Below, piece by piece: positions 10,901-20,306 of a stretch of DNA of 64,000 nt. Under the pieces are notes generated by a model. The model searched no databases. It saw nothing but the letters and a program-made list of their open reading frames with translations, and had not been told where the DNA came from. The position numbers and the translations under genes are program-made. Position 1 is the stretch's first letter. Every line of letters starts with the position of its first letter. The stretch covers positions 21,454,001 through 21,518,000 of the forward strand of contig CM097885.1 of NCBI GenBank assembly GCA_044892525.1. Direction: 5' to 3'. The DNA is from Schmidtea polychroa. Lineage: Eukaryota.

Positions 10901-13900
10901 TTGCCCAATCGCATTTTGACGGTTTCAATTTCAGCTTCCATTGTTTCAGTCTTATGAAGACGTTTCTGATATCGATTAAGTGTTGCTCGAAAGTACCTGA
11001 ATAAATTAACAGATCATCAATATACACCATACATTGTTTAATTCCGTGTGTCACAAAGTTCATACATCTTTGAAACGAAGCAGGTGCATTTGTTAATCCG
11101 AATGGCATCTTTTTAAACTGATATAAATCTTTTCCGATGGTAAAGGCTGTCTTTTCTCTATCTTCCTCTTTAACTTTAATTTGCCAGTATCCGCTCTTTA
11201 GATCTAAAGATGTAAAGTATGCTGCTCCATGTAACATCTGTAACATTTCGTTAATATCTGGCAGTGGGTATGTATCCCTTTTTGTTACTGCATTCAACCT
11301 CCGATAATCGATACAAAATCTCTGTGTGCCATCTTTCTTTTTGACCATTACCACTGGAAATTGCCATGGTGAACAGCTAGGTTCTATCACTCCGGCATCT
11401 AACATCTTTTGTACTTCCTCCTCTGCTACCGTTTTCTGTGCTTCGGCTAATCGATATGGTCTCAAAGTTATGGGTGTCTCATCCGTTAATGGTATAATGT
11501 GTTGCGTTACATCGCTGGTACCCAAATCCAAATCTGAAGCCGCAAAAATGTCTTTAAACTCAATCAGTAGTTGTCTGAGTTGTTCCTTTTCGTCTTCATT
11601 TAGGAGTTCGCTATCGATGGTCCACAATTCTTTTTCGTCTGCTCCTTCGCTTTTTAACTCCGGCAGTTCGATGTTCATCATTGGTGTGAGTTTCCCAAGT
11701 CTCTCGTTTTCGTAGATTACTTTATCTTCTTCGTCAAAATTGGTGATGTTGATGGGTATCTCATTATCCTCATTTATACTGACGATCTCTCTTGCCAATG
11801 GTAGCTCTCTTCTCTTCTCAAATTTTTGACTTGGTTCGAATATCATATCTCCTTTGGCTTCGTTATCGACCTTGACATAACATATTGTCTGGGTACGTGC
11901 TGGTATTATCATTTTTTCGGAGCATCTCACTTCTGTTCTCATTGTGCATATCTGTCCAGTTTTATCTTTTAATTTCATGGAACTCAAATCAATCACAATT
12001 TCTTTCAATAATTCCGGCATTACATCTGTTCCAATTATACATGATACGCTTAGCTGTCTAATGACTGCGAGGTATGTTGTAACTTTAACCCCTTTGTATT
12101 CGATCGTTGACCATACTCTTCCTACTACCGCTATGGATTGTTTGCTGCATGTTATTACATCCATGGTTGTTTCCTCAATGCATGGCCATAGTCTTCCTGG
12201 TAGCATATTCATATTTATTGCTGAGATATTTGCTCCGGTATCAATCATTGCATCCATCTCTATTCCGTTTACTTCGACCGTGATAGTTAACGATGGTCCT
12301 GCTGGTGTCTGCAATACCGCAATCGTTCGTGTTTCCACCTCTTGTTCTACACTTTTAGCCTGTTTGATCATCGTTGGATCCATTGCTGCCCAATTTGGTT
12401 CATAAGCTGTTGGATAAATGTTCGGTATGGGTAATCTTCCGGTTCCCATTCTTATCCGTTCTCTCATTGTTCCTGGTCGTCGCATTGGTCCATTAGTTGG
12501 TGCTTGTAAATATGGGGTCTGTGAATACGGTGATCCCCATGGTTTCATTTTTTCGTTTTCCCAAGTGGCTGTATTTTTATTTATCAACATTGCTCCTCCT
12601 TGGTTATTATCATCGTCGTTGAAATCATCATTGTCGTTGTCACTATCATCGTCTCGTCTGAGGTTCATCCACTTTTTCCACTTCCCGGTTCTTTTTGCTT
12701 TCTCTTGAGTTCTTTCTGCTTCTAATCTCATTATCACTTTGAACTTACGTCCGACTTCTTCGTCTGTCCCTTTCATTTGCGTTAGTATTTTCAACAATCT
12801 TTTTATTCGATGAATATCCTTTGAGTGTCCATGCAACACCATTGTTTTCGCTAAGAACGGTAAGAATCCAATTGCAAGTTTCCAATTTACTTTTCTCTCG
12901 CGCTTATAGATGTCAAAACATGCTAGCATCTGGGTTAGTATTACTCTGACTATTTGTATTATCAGAATAATTCCGAGTATTCCTGCCATCATTTGGCCAA
13001 ATACCAAAAATCGACCCCACATAGCCTTCATCATGTTTGCTGTTGCTTGTTGGTAGTGACTTGGTGATAATAATAGCTCGTAATTTGGGCTCTCCCCATA
13101 ATTATTTCCTCCAGAAATAGTCACTATATTTGATAGGATCGCTTGTCTGTGTGCTGGGAATAACATGTGGGCCCTTGCTGATTCAAGATCTTTTGGTGTA
13201 TATAATCCACTCTGTGATACGTCTATCGGCTTGAACTCTAATTCTGTTGTTAGTTCCGTCAATCCAAATTTCTTGGGTGTCACTACGATTGTTTTACTTG
13301 GAAATTGAACCCATTGTCCATCTTCTTTTTCATACATTGGTCCATATGCATTACTGCAATTAAACAGATTTGGCTGAAACCCTACCGGGTTCATTATCCT
13401 AGTGACTGCTTGCACAAACCTGGGTTTACCTTCGTGAATAATTTCGAGTTCGTTTGCACACTTATCCCTTGGTATTGTAGGGTTTTCCGGCAATCTTGCC
13501 ATTATCTTTTTGCATTGGTAGGTGTACATCACTTCGCCCACGATTCGTCCGAAATATCCTTCCTGTAATGGTAGTAGTGGGATTGCGTTATCTGGATTTG
13601 TAATCGCCATTGCTAATTTTGTTCTCAATATTTCTTTGTTGAGCAGGCAATCGTTTCTTAACAGATCATGGTAGACTTTTTCCGTGGATGTTAATCCTCT
13701 GTGATATAAGAAATCCATCTTATTATTAGCGTATAAATATAATTTGACATCCTTTTCGCTTAGTCTTCCGACTGCATTTGCTAGGGTTCTCCGCGACAAG
13801 TAGATCCCTTTATAATTGGTGCTGATCACCATCTCATCGCATTTACTCACCATTTTGTTCTTTATGAACCTCATTCCTATTCCATCGTCTTTGGAGATTA

Positions 13901-16900
13901 TCGCTGTGGGTGTTGCTTCCGATTCCAATTTCGATGTTATTACGTCTTCCCTGAATCCTTTCCTTGCTCTCAATTCTTCCATCGCTCGTCTCTCTGCTTC
14001 TCCTTTTGGTTCACTGTACACTTTCCCTTGGATTTCTTCGAATATTGCTGTCTTGAGTAACATTAGTCGACATACTTTCTGATCTGCGTGGTATACCAGA
14101 GTTGACATTCCGGTTGAACATGATCGATCTGATGCGAGACAGCTTGGGTATTTCTTCATTGCTTGCGTGTCAGGGTCAAAGTAGCCTTGATACTTTTCCA
14201 ATTTAGCTTCGTAACTTTCTATTACGACCACTCCACTAACCAGTTGTCCGTTCAAGGTGTATGTTCCTGTCTCACATGTTCCGTCTCCTTTAGTGATTCT
14301 GCCCGCCGTATATACGCGAGTCGTTTTTATTTTTCCTGGTTCTGCAGCGATTTCAATCCCTTGCCTTAAGTGGATTCTCCCTGATCGGAACCCTTCCTCG
14401 CATTCCTCTCTTGATAGTAATATTACTGTCGATTCCAATCCTGGTTCTATGATTGTAGAGTGTGAGGATGAACCGCAGTGATGTGCGAATATCTTTCTGG
14501 TTACCGTACACTCTTGGACCATAGTTTTGATGAAATCTGCTTCTTGATATACGTTGTACGAGACTGATGCCATGACTGTTTGTAATTTTCTTGGGTTTGC
14601 CGCTTTACAGTCTTCCGTATCCTTTAATGAATATTTCTCATGGATTTTTATGTTGTCGCAGTCGTATACTGCAAATGACTCCGTTCCTTTGATACACATC
14701 ATCCATATCAATATCGTGGTTATTATGGCATTCATTCCCTTTCGACTTGCTCTTGGGTCGTTTATATTGATTGTTCCTTCGAATTCAGTTAGCAAATCGC
14801 GTAACTTTGCTTGCATCATTTCCGTTTGATCTTTCTTCCCAGTTGATTCGATGAAGCTTCTCCATCCCCCTTGTTCAAGTATATATGGTTCTATTGATCG
14901 TTTAATTATTTCTGTTACTGTGAATTCGTAACCCGTTGCGTTATATTTTGGCATTCGTTTTTTATATTGACCGATAACGTTATATACTAAATATGCTAAT
15001 CCCACTAAAAATCGATTTTGGTCCTCTGATCTGCTTAATAGATGTTCCACAATTAATCTGAGTTCCACGGGATCTTTTAACGTTAATCGAATTTTATTAT
15101 CCATGATTTTCATTATTATCGGTTTCAATACTGCCCATAATTGTTTGGCTTCGGTCGGAATATTATCCTTCCTCATGACTCTTTTCACTTCTGGATTTGC
15201 TAATGCTAACATGTTGGCTAATAGGTCATTTATCCATCGTGTCCCTTGTTCTCGGACGCTTGTCTTCACTTTCACTTGTTTTACTAATGCACTTAGTTTA
15301 TCCATTTTAGTTTTTACCTGCTCCATTTGCGCCTGAACTTTGGATTTTGGTTCGATCTCTGCTTTATCTGTTTTTGGTCTTCCTCTTGTTCGTCGATCCA
15401 TAGCTGTTCCGGTTTCTTTCCGTTTTGGCGGATTGTAAGTTGTATCTTTTGACGTGGTCGCTCCTGGATCTACTCTCCAGTTGCTCCATTCATCGGTTGT
15501 GGTTACATCTTTATTGGCACCTCTTTCCACGTTATCTAAATCCGTCTCGGCTTCCGTCGTTTCCACTGGTTGTCTCTGCGCGCATACAAATCCATCTAAA
15601 TCATCAGTTGTCGGTTCACCTTCGTCGATAAATAGATCTCCTGATTGCGATACTCTCATAATCTCGCCTGCTTCTACTATCTCTTGTAATTCATCCAGTA
15701 TTTCGTCTTCTCCCGTTGTTTCGATCGTCACTTCACTAACCGCATTTGGAACTTCTGGTGTGTCCAAACTTCCTGGTTGTTGGGTGGATGATTTTTGCTT
15801 TATCTCTCTTCTCCTTAGCTCTCTACCTGCAATTTTACTCACCGTTAATCTGTTCACAATTTCTCCTTGGAGTGGTGTCACACCGATCTCAATATCGTCG
15901 TCTAATGATCGTCCCTCATGTTGTAAGTGGAATGGGAGTTCATAAGGTATTCTCTTTTTAACTTCTCTGACTTTAGCTGTCGTATAGAATTCCTTTTCCA
16001 TTGGTTCAAAATCTGGCATGAATATTTTTAATTGATATTTCTCAGGTGAGTTTTCGGCCCACTCTTGTTGTTTCCATTTCCGGATGATTTCACCAAATTG
16101 TTCAGGGTACCATACGTATACCCGTCGATATTCTTCAATCGCTTTAACGATCTTTCGTAGATTTTGAATCCTTTTGCATGATTCGGCTATCCATTTTGCT
16201 AGTTCTACCACCGCTCGTCGACGATTTTTCGCCCCGTTTTGTAATATCTCCGTCAACTCCTTACATTTTTGTGCTTCCAACAATGTTGCTGCTTCCCCCT
16301 CATCTGCATCTGCGTCTATTGGTAGATGTCCTGAATCAGACACTCTTCTCCTCATCATACAGATTCTCGGTTGATTTTCTGGTATGTTCAGTCGTTGGTT
16401 CATTTCTTGTTCTGTTTCAACTTCTACTCTGATCTGGATAGCATTGTTTTTCACAAATTTTGACTGCTCATTCTCAATGTAACTTAGACGTATTAATTTA
16501 GGTGTCCCAGAAGCGATATTTTCTGATGTTGTTGGTCGTTGATAGCAGGCGCTCCTTGGATCTGGTTTCAATGTTTCTTTATGCATGTTAAGGCTATCTT
16601 TCAATGGTTCGATTGCTATCGTCACTTTTCTGCTAAACGGCCATGGTACCTTGTCGTCATAATTTCCTTTGCAGATGACGAAGAATGCCGACACATAACT
16701 TCCTTTACCTATCCCGTCTCCGTTCGGGTATATTCGCAATTTCATCTTGTACTCACCTAATCCTGAGTAGAACGGTGGACTTACTAATCGTGTGATTTTC
16801 TCTTCCTTTGCTGATTTTATCTTTTCCATCCAATTCTCAATTTTCCACGTGAATGGTGCTAACCTTACCGGTTCTCGTATCTCCTCATCTTCTCCTGATG

Positions 16901-19900
16901 GTAATTCATTTTGGAATTCTTGTGGTAATATATCCTGGTAAGTATCGATCGGTTTCTCTCTTACCCATACTGCTGCGATCTTTTCGGGTATATTATCTAT
17001 CCAATTTGGTTCCAACTTTTGCTGCTCCCAATCCCATCGAGCTTCACTTTCGATCCACACTTTTTTCCATGGTATCAGTTTGCAATCTTCGTCATTGAAG
17101 GCTGCTAGTTTTAGTTTATCATCCTTTAGCCAATGGTTATAAATATCTATTATTCGATCCATCTTTGCTCTCATTCCCCATTGGAATCTTTTAACTTGTT
17201 GCTCGGTTTTCGTGGCGTTTTTGTGCCCACCAGATGGTTCATCCATCGCGATTATATTGATGACGGCTCCATCTTCCCAGATTCCTAGTTCGTAAATTCC
17301 AGTTCGGTCTCCTCTTTCCAGCATGTGCCGGTTGTACATTATTATCACATCTTCGATCATTCCATCCTCACTATTTTCTCGCGCTTTTTGGATGATCTCT
17401 TGATCTATGATTTGCACTAACTCGTCAACTTGGCAATCGGGATTAACTTCTATTATTTGTTTCTCTTCATTTGGCAACTTCACCTTTATTTTTATCGTTT
17501 CATGCTCGCATTTGGTTCTCTCGTATTCTCCGTATTTAGATATCAATTCTGTCGCTCGTTTGTCTTCGAATCTCATGATTTCCGTGTCTCGTACGTCTTT
17601 AACGAATTGTTTCATTAGTTGTGGCCATCTTTCTCTCAGTCTATTAATGTATTTCCTTGTCTGATCGATAGCTTGTTTGACTAAGATTATTTGATTTTCT
17701 TTCATTATTTTTCGTTCGATCTTTTCCAATTCTGGTTCCACTTCATTGTTAAACACTTGTTGGATTTTCTTGAACATTTCTGCTACCGAGTCGTCATCTC
17801 TGGTTTTCTCTAAGGTTAAGATGTTAGTTTCGTTTGGCCATATCATCGCATCTACCAAATGTATGCCCATTTTAACTTTGTAACCATCGACATATAATTG
17901 TTTATTTTTATGGTTCGTTCCCATTTTTTCCTGTACCCAGTTGTACAGTTCATCGGTATTTGTTCCTTTTAATTCAATAGTCTGTATCTGAATCTCGGGG
18001 TGTTGAATACTTACTTGATATTGATCTGGGCCTGCTTCCTTTAGTTTCTCTTTGTATTTTGTTGCTAAATCTTTCCATGCTGCCGTTATTATACCTCCTT
18101 CACACTGGTATACTTGAGTTATAAGTTTTAAGCATTTTCTGTATGTTAACTCGTTGATGTAGCTCTCATTTCGCTCTATTTCTGTTACTGTGTCGAGAAT
18201 TTCCTCGAATATCTCTTCTTCACCTTTTTCTATCATTGATTTCATGTCATCATTTTCACTCTCCTCACTACTTTGAGGTGTTTCACTGTTTGGAGGTGTT
18301 TTCGGTTCGTTATTTTCCTCACTTGACTGAAATAATTCGCCTCCCAGGCTACTCACCTCGCTTTTCTCATCTTCCTGATCCGTCTGATCGCTCCGCATTT
18401 GTCTCAGCATGTTTATTTTAGCTTTGGTATGTGGTTCCTTCTTTTCAAACCACTCATTTTTCCTGAACCAATGCTCTTTCACTTTTTCTTTTATTTGTTC
18501 CTCAGTTAATGTAGGATTTTCGTTTTTGATTCTGTCTTCGATTTTTTGTAGTAGTACCCTCTGAATTCGATTTTTTGTAATTATCTCATTGCTTTTTGGT
18601 TCGTCTTTACTCTCATCTCTCTTTTGTCTCCTTTCTTTCTCCTCTTTGGTAAATTCTTTAATCAATTGTATTTTCTCTTCACTGCTCAATTCTGTTCGTG
18701 GATCAATCTCATCTTCTTTTGTCGTTTTTATCTCCTTGTTTATTATCGGTTCACTCCCGTCGTTGTTAACACACTGCTCCGCAGTGTGCGATTCCTCTTT
18801 ATTTGTTAATCTCATCATATTTATTCTTCCGGGATTCGCTTCCCGTTGTTTCCATCTTTCTTGAATTTCTCTGGCTTCCTCGTTTTGTAATCTTTGCCAT
18901 TCGACTCGTTGCTGATCTTGTTGTTGCTTACTTGGTTGGTTCCGGATTTCCTCGGTGCTCTGCATCATGTTGATTCGTTGTTGTTGGTTATTAGTCGGTA
19001 TTCGCTGGATCATATCTTTTAATTGTTCGATTTCCTGCATGAGGTTGATTTGTGTGTTCTGAACTGGATTGTTTGATCCTGGTTGATTTGGTTTGGTTCT
19101 CATCGTGCATTCTCTTGCCATGTGTCCAGGCTGATTACAATTGTAGCAGGTTCTGGTTCCTCCTCTGCCCATAGACATCATGGGTCCTCTGCAGACATTT
19201 TCCGTGTGGCCTCTTCTCCCACACTTTTGACACATCCTTGCTTTATAACATTCATTGCTCCAATGCCCTGGTCGTTGGCATATGTTGCACGTTCGATTGT
19301 TGATGTCCCTGAAATTATTAGTAAAATTTTGAATATTACCTCCATTGTCTTGGTTTCTCGTTTGTGGGGTTTTGAACAACTGTTGCGATCCTGGGATGAA
19401 TTGATTCATTACTGGATTTGCATTATTGACTTGGTTGTTTGTGGTTGTTGCTGTTGTTGCTGGAGCTGCTGGGGCTGCTGTCATTGCTGCTACTTGTATT
19501 GGTGTTAGGTAAGTTTCACATTTGTTAGCTATTTTTAGTGCTTCTTCCAGCGTCTCTGGTGCTCGGCATCCCAAAGTTGCTCGTATATCCTCCCGTTTCA
19601 TGCCATCTACGAATACGGCTATTATTTTGTCTTCCGGAACTGGTTGATTTGAATCGAAGGCTTCTCTTGCTAGTCGTCTCAATTCGCATGCGTACAGTGC
19701 GTTGGATTCGTTATATTTCTGCTTTCGATGCAGAAAGTCTAACATTTTTCGATTTCCCTCTTTTTCGGTACCGAATGTTTTTATTAAAAATTCCTTGATC
19801 TCTTTCCACGTTCTCAACTTAGTTGCATCACATTTCGCCTCCAAGTATACATCTTGGGCGCTTCCCTTTAGATATAGGGGTATTCGTTCTCGTACGACTA

Positions 19901-20306
19901 TGTCTGGCCAGTGACATATCGTAATGTATACTTCGAATTCCTTTATAAACGTTTCCAGCTGGTTTATATTTCCATCGAATGGCTCTCCTCGAAATTTCTC
20001 TCTGAATTCTCCAATGTTGACGTGCACATTACTTGTTTCCGGTGGGTCCGTTAGCCCTGTTACATTTGGAATTCCGTCTGTCATTATTTCTTGACACAAA
20101 ATTGTTATATTGGTTGACTCTGAACTATTTCCTTCCTCGTCTGATGATTCAATGTCACTTATCGGATCTAGTTCGGTTCGTTTAAGATCGTCGCTGTTCT
20201 CAAATTCGTTTGTTAAACTGTCTGATTCAAATACTGTTTCTACTGATGCTGGCTTCCTGTGTAGTTTTCTGTTGGTCTTGGCCTTTTGTATCTCTTCCTT
20301 TTCCAA
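7812..20306 (-). CDS. Gag-accessory-Env-Pol polyprotein (4164 aa from TTG; first ATG at 20084 gives 4090 aa)
   Basis: Capsid-like ~20000-19500; three CX2CX4HX4C knuckles ~19289-19106; MATH ~16856-16416; BH2-like YILEQGGWRSF; glycoprotein 14735-12915; protease IDTGA ~12242; RT YIDD 11024-11013; RNase H TDASG..NADCMSR; integrase HHCC, D-D-E and GPY; ankyrins ~8490-8000. Confidence 0.95.
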   Translation of the reverse strand: MEKEEIQKAKTNRKLHRKPASVETVFESDSLTNEFENSDDLKRTELDPISDIESSDEEGNSSESTNITILCQEIMTDGIPNVTGLTDPPETSNVHVNIGEFREKFRGEPFDGNINQLETFIKEFEVYITICHWPDIVVRERIPLYLKGSAQDVYLEAKCDATKLRTWKEIKEFLIKTFGTEKEGNRKMLDFLHRKQKYNESNALYACELRRLAREAFDSNQPVPEDKIIAVFVDGMKREDIRATLGCRAPETLEEALKIANKCETYLTPIQVAAMTAAPAAPATTATTTNNQVNNANPVMNQFIPGSQQLFKTPQTRNQDNGGNIQNFTNNFRDINNRTCNICQRPGHWSNECYKARMCQKCGRRGHTENVCRGPMMSMGRGGTRTCYNCNQPGHMARECTMRTKPNQPGSNNPVQNTQINLMQEIEQLKDMIQRIPTNNQQQRINMMQSTEEIRNQPSKQQQDQQRVEWQRLQNEEAREIQERWKQREANPGRINMMRLTNKEESHTAEQCVNNDGSEPIINKEIKTTKEDEIDPRTELSSEEKIQLIKEFTKEEKERRQKRDESKDEPKSNEIITKNRIQRVLLQKIEDRIKNENPTLTEEQIKEKVKEHWFRKNEWFEKKEPHTKAKINMLRQMRSDQTDQEDEKSEVSSLGGELFQSSEENNEPKTPPNSETPQSSEESENDDMKSMIEKGEEEIFEEILDTVTEIERNESYINELTYRKCLKLITQVYQCEGGIITAAWKDLATKYKEKLKEAGPDQYQVSIQHPEIQIQTIELKGTNTDELYNWVQEKMGTNHKNKQLYVDGYKVKMGIHLVDAMIWPNETNILTLEKTRDDDSVAEMFKKIQQVFNNEVEPELEKIERKIMKENQIILVKQAIDQTRKYINRLRERWPQLMKQFVKDVRDTEIMRFEDKRATELISKYGEYERTKCEHETIKIKVKLPNEEKQIIEVNPDCQVDELVQIIDQEIIQKARENSEDGMIEDVIIMYNRHMLERGDRTGIYELGIWEDGAVINIIAMDEPSGGHKNATKTEQQVKRFQWGMRAKMDRIIDIYNHWLKDDKLKLAAFNDEDCKLIPWKKVWIESEARWDWEQQKLEPNWIDNIPEKIAAVWVREKPIDTYQDILPQEFQNELPSGEDEEIREPVRLAPFTWKIENWMEKIKSAKEEKITRLVSPPFYSGLGEYKMKLRIYPNGDGIGKGSYVSAFFVICKGNYDDKVPWPFSRKVTIAIEPLKDSLNMHKETLKPDPRSACYQRPTTSENIASGTPKLIRLSYIENEQSKFVKNNAIQIRVEVETEQEMNQRLNIPENQPRICMMRRRVSDSGHLPIDADADEGEAATLLEAQKCKELTEILQNGAKNRRRAVVELAKWIAESCKRIQNLRKIVKAIEEYRRVYVWYPEQFGEIIRKWKQQEWAENSPEKYQLKIFMPDFEPMEKEFYTTAKVREVKKRIPYELPFHLQHEGRSLDDDIEIGVTPLQGEIVNRLTVSKIAGRELRRREIKQKSSTQQPGSLDTPEVPNAVSEVTIETTGEDEILDELQEIVEAGEIMRVSQSGDLFIDEGEPTTDDLDGFVCAQRQPVETTEAETDLDNVERGANKDVTTTDEWSNWRVDPGATTSKDTTYNPPKRKETGTAMDRRTRGRPKTDKAEIEPKSKVQAQMEQVKTKMDKLSALVKQVKVKTSVREQGTRWINDLLANMLALANPEVKRVMRKDNIPTEAKQLWAVLKPIIMKIMDNKIRLTLKDPVELRLIVEHLLSRSEDQNRFLVGLAYLVYNVIGQYKKRMPKYNATGYEFTVTEIIKRSIEPYILEQGGWRSFIESTGKKDQTEMMQAKLRDLLTEFEGTININDPRASRKGMNAIITTILIWMMCIKGTESFAVYDCDNIKIHEKYSLKDTEDCKAANPRKLQTVMASVSYNVYQEADFIKTMVQECTVTRKIFAHHCGSSSHSTIIEPGLESTVILLSREECEEGFRSGRIHLRQGIEIAAEPGKIKTTRVYTAGRITKGDGTCETGTYTLNGQLVSGVVVIESYEAKLEKYQGYFDPDTQAMKKYPSCLASDRSCSTGMSTLVYHADQKVCRLMLLKTAIFEEIQGKVYSEPKGEAERRAMEELRARKGFREDVITSKLESEATPTAIISKDDGIGMRFIKNKMVSKCDEMVISTNYKGIYLSRRTLANAVGRLSEKDVKLYLYANNKMDFLYHRGLTSTEKVYHDLLRNDCLLNKEILRTKLAMAITNPDNAIPLLPLQEGYFGRIVGEVMYTYQCKKIMARLPENPTIPRDKCANELEIIHEGKPRFVQAVTRIMNPVGFQPNLFNCSNAYGPMYEKEDGQWVQFPSKTIVVTPKKFGLTELTTELEFKPIDVSQSGLYTPKDLESARAHMLFPAHRQAILSNIVTISGGNNYGESPNYELLLSPSHYQQATANMMKAMWGRFLVFGQMMAGILGIILIIQIVRVILTQMLACFDIYKRERKVNWKLAIGFLPFLAKTMVLHGHSKDIHRIKRLLKILTQMKGTDEEVGRKFKVIMRLEAERTQEKAKRTGKWKKWMNLRRDDDSDNDNDDFNDDDNNQGGAMLINKNTATWENEKMKPWGSPYSQTPYLQAPTNGPMRRPGTMRERIRMGTGRLPIPNIYPTAYEPNWAAMDPTMIKQAKSVEQEVETRTIAVLQTPAGPSLTITVEVNGIEMDAMIDTGANISAINMNMLPGRLWPCIEETTMDVITCSKQSIAVVGRVWSTIEYKGVKVTTYLAVIRQLSVSCIIGTDVMPELLKEIVIDLSSMKLKDKTGQICTMRTEVRCSEKMIIPARTQTICYVKVDNEAKGDMIFEPSQKFEKRRELPLAREIVSINEDNEIPINITNFDEEDKVIYENERLGKLTPMMNIELPELKSEGADEKELWTIDSELLNEDEKEQLRQLLIEFKDIFAASDLDLGTSDVTQHIIPLTDETPITLRPYRLAEAQKTVAEEEVQKMLDAGVIEPSCSPWQFPVVMVKKKDGTQRFCIDYRRLNAVTKRDTYPLPDINEMLQMLHGAAYFTSLDLKSGYWQIKVKEEDREKTAFTIGKDLYQFKKMPFGLTNAPASFQRCMNFVTHGIKQCMVYIDDLLIYSGTFEQHLIDIRNVFIRLKQWKLKLKPSKCDWAKERVTFLGHIVSAKGKEPDPRNVEKIKNCPIPKTVTQVQEFLGLCGYYRKFIKNYATIAKPIQELTKKDTPFLWEREQQIAFESLRDKLIASPILIHPDFKKPFLLATDASGYASGAVLGQWDEEKRERVIGYYSKTFKKHEKNYSVTEREALAIIQAIKHFKYLLWGHEIIITTDHQPLVWLGQHKEASSRLMRWAMQLQEYSPYIKFKSGKANANADCMSRFVFEELMDHDVRRICLIIAEDIDFTNLKNEQKEDNELKLIIEFLDKNDTKIFNNDDRLKEHMEKNRHRYTIEKGWLLVMDGDKRLMCLPESRRKEIMIQYHDGKLGGHMSAKKTEARLKQKYYWPNMSDDVKEWIKNCLICATRRTTGSKLKPPLKPMPIPPEPMTMIAMDVVGPLPETNSGNVYILVITDYLTKFPEAFAMPDQKARTVARILVEEICCRYGTPKQILTDQGTNFMSEIINEVTNYFRIAKLRTSPYHPQTNGQTERFNGILIDMMSNYVSKHQKDWDEYIKLCLMAYRMSIHSATKMSPFKLMYGRECNMPMDLEYQPPISQYMEIDDYVTKFKERMQEIWKTAGMNIRFNQESYKELHDKKKNVQNHQFKVGDWVIIETPELIPGTAKKLQRNGRGPYEIIYVNENNARVKLVNNPLIRPIYVNTCRCKAVAKTATKDPETRKIITRSQTNATPEPEVSGRLTRSQTRRIFMLRGETSSSANKGTEAESEADAMARSQATWNMTVRIAREIVPEWADITNKYQVLGKLMLVAERYAKGRRYAEGLQIPTQIYELIRRLPIMFLTSDLSNNWPIHHAVKAGQEKRALEIIRIMENCKQSTNVKNSKGKTPLMKAIAIGASRDVLRELLRTGSTLKEKDNKQRTVLRYAVRSKRPSIVNFITGNATTEEAEVLGQSIEPILEAIRGNLDRTAAILIKWKQNELRAEVIDINQLQNNENIVLRSAIYSRPPMPKTIKAILQRNRTELTGNWWKCTKTTCDEKATRNTSVGMAPETTEISRNQRRTRKYPQRQKRDN

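Noticed and set aside
11690..11935. dUTPase between protease and RT
   Set aside because: Beta-rich spacer common in Gypsy pol; catalytic motifs not visible.
15372..15395. AT-hook-like RTRGRPK in the polyprotein
   Set aside because: Single short motif in a disordered linker; could be chance.
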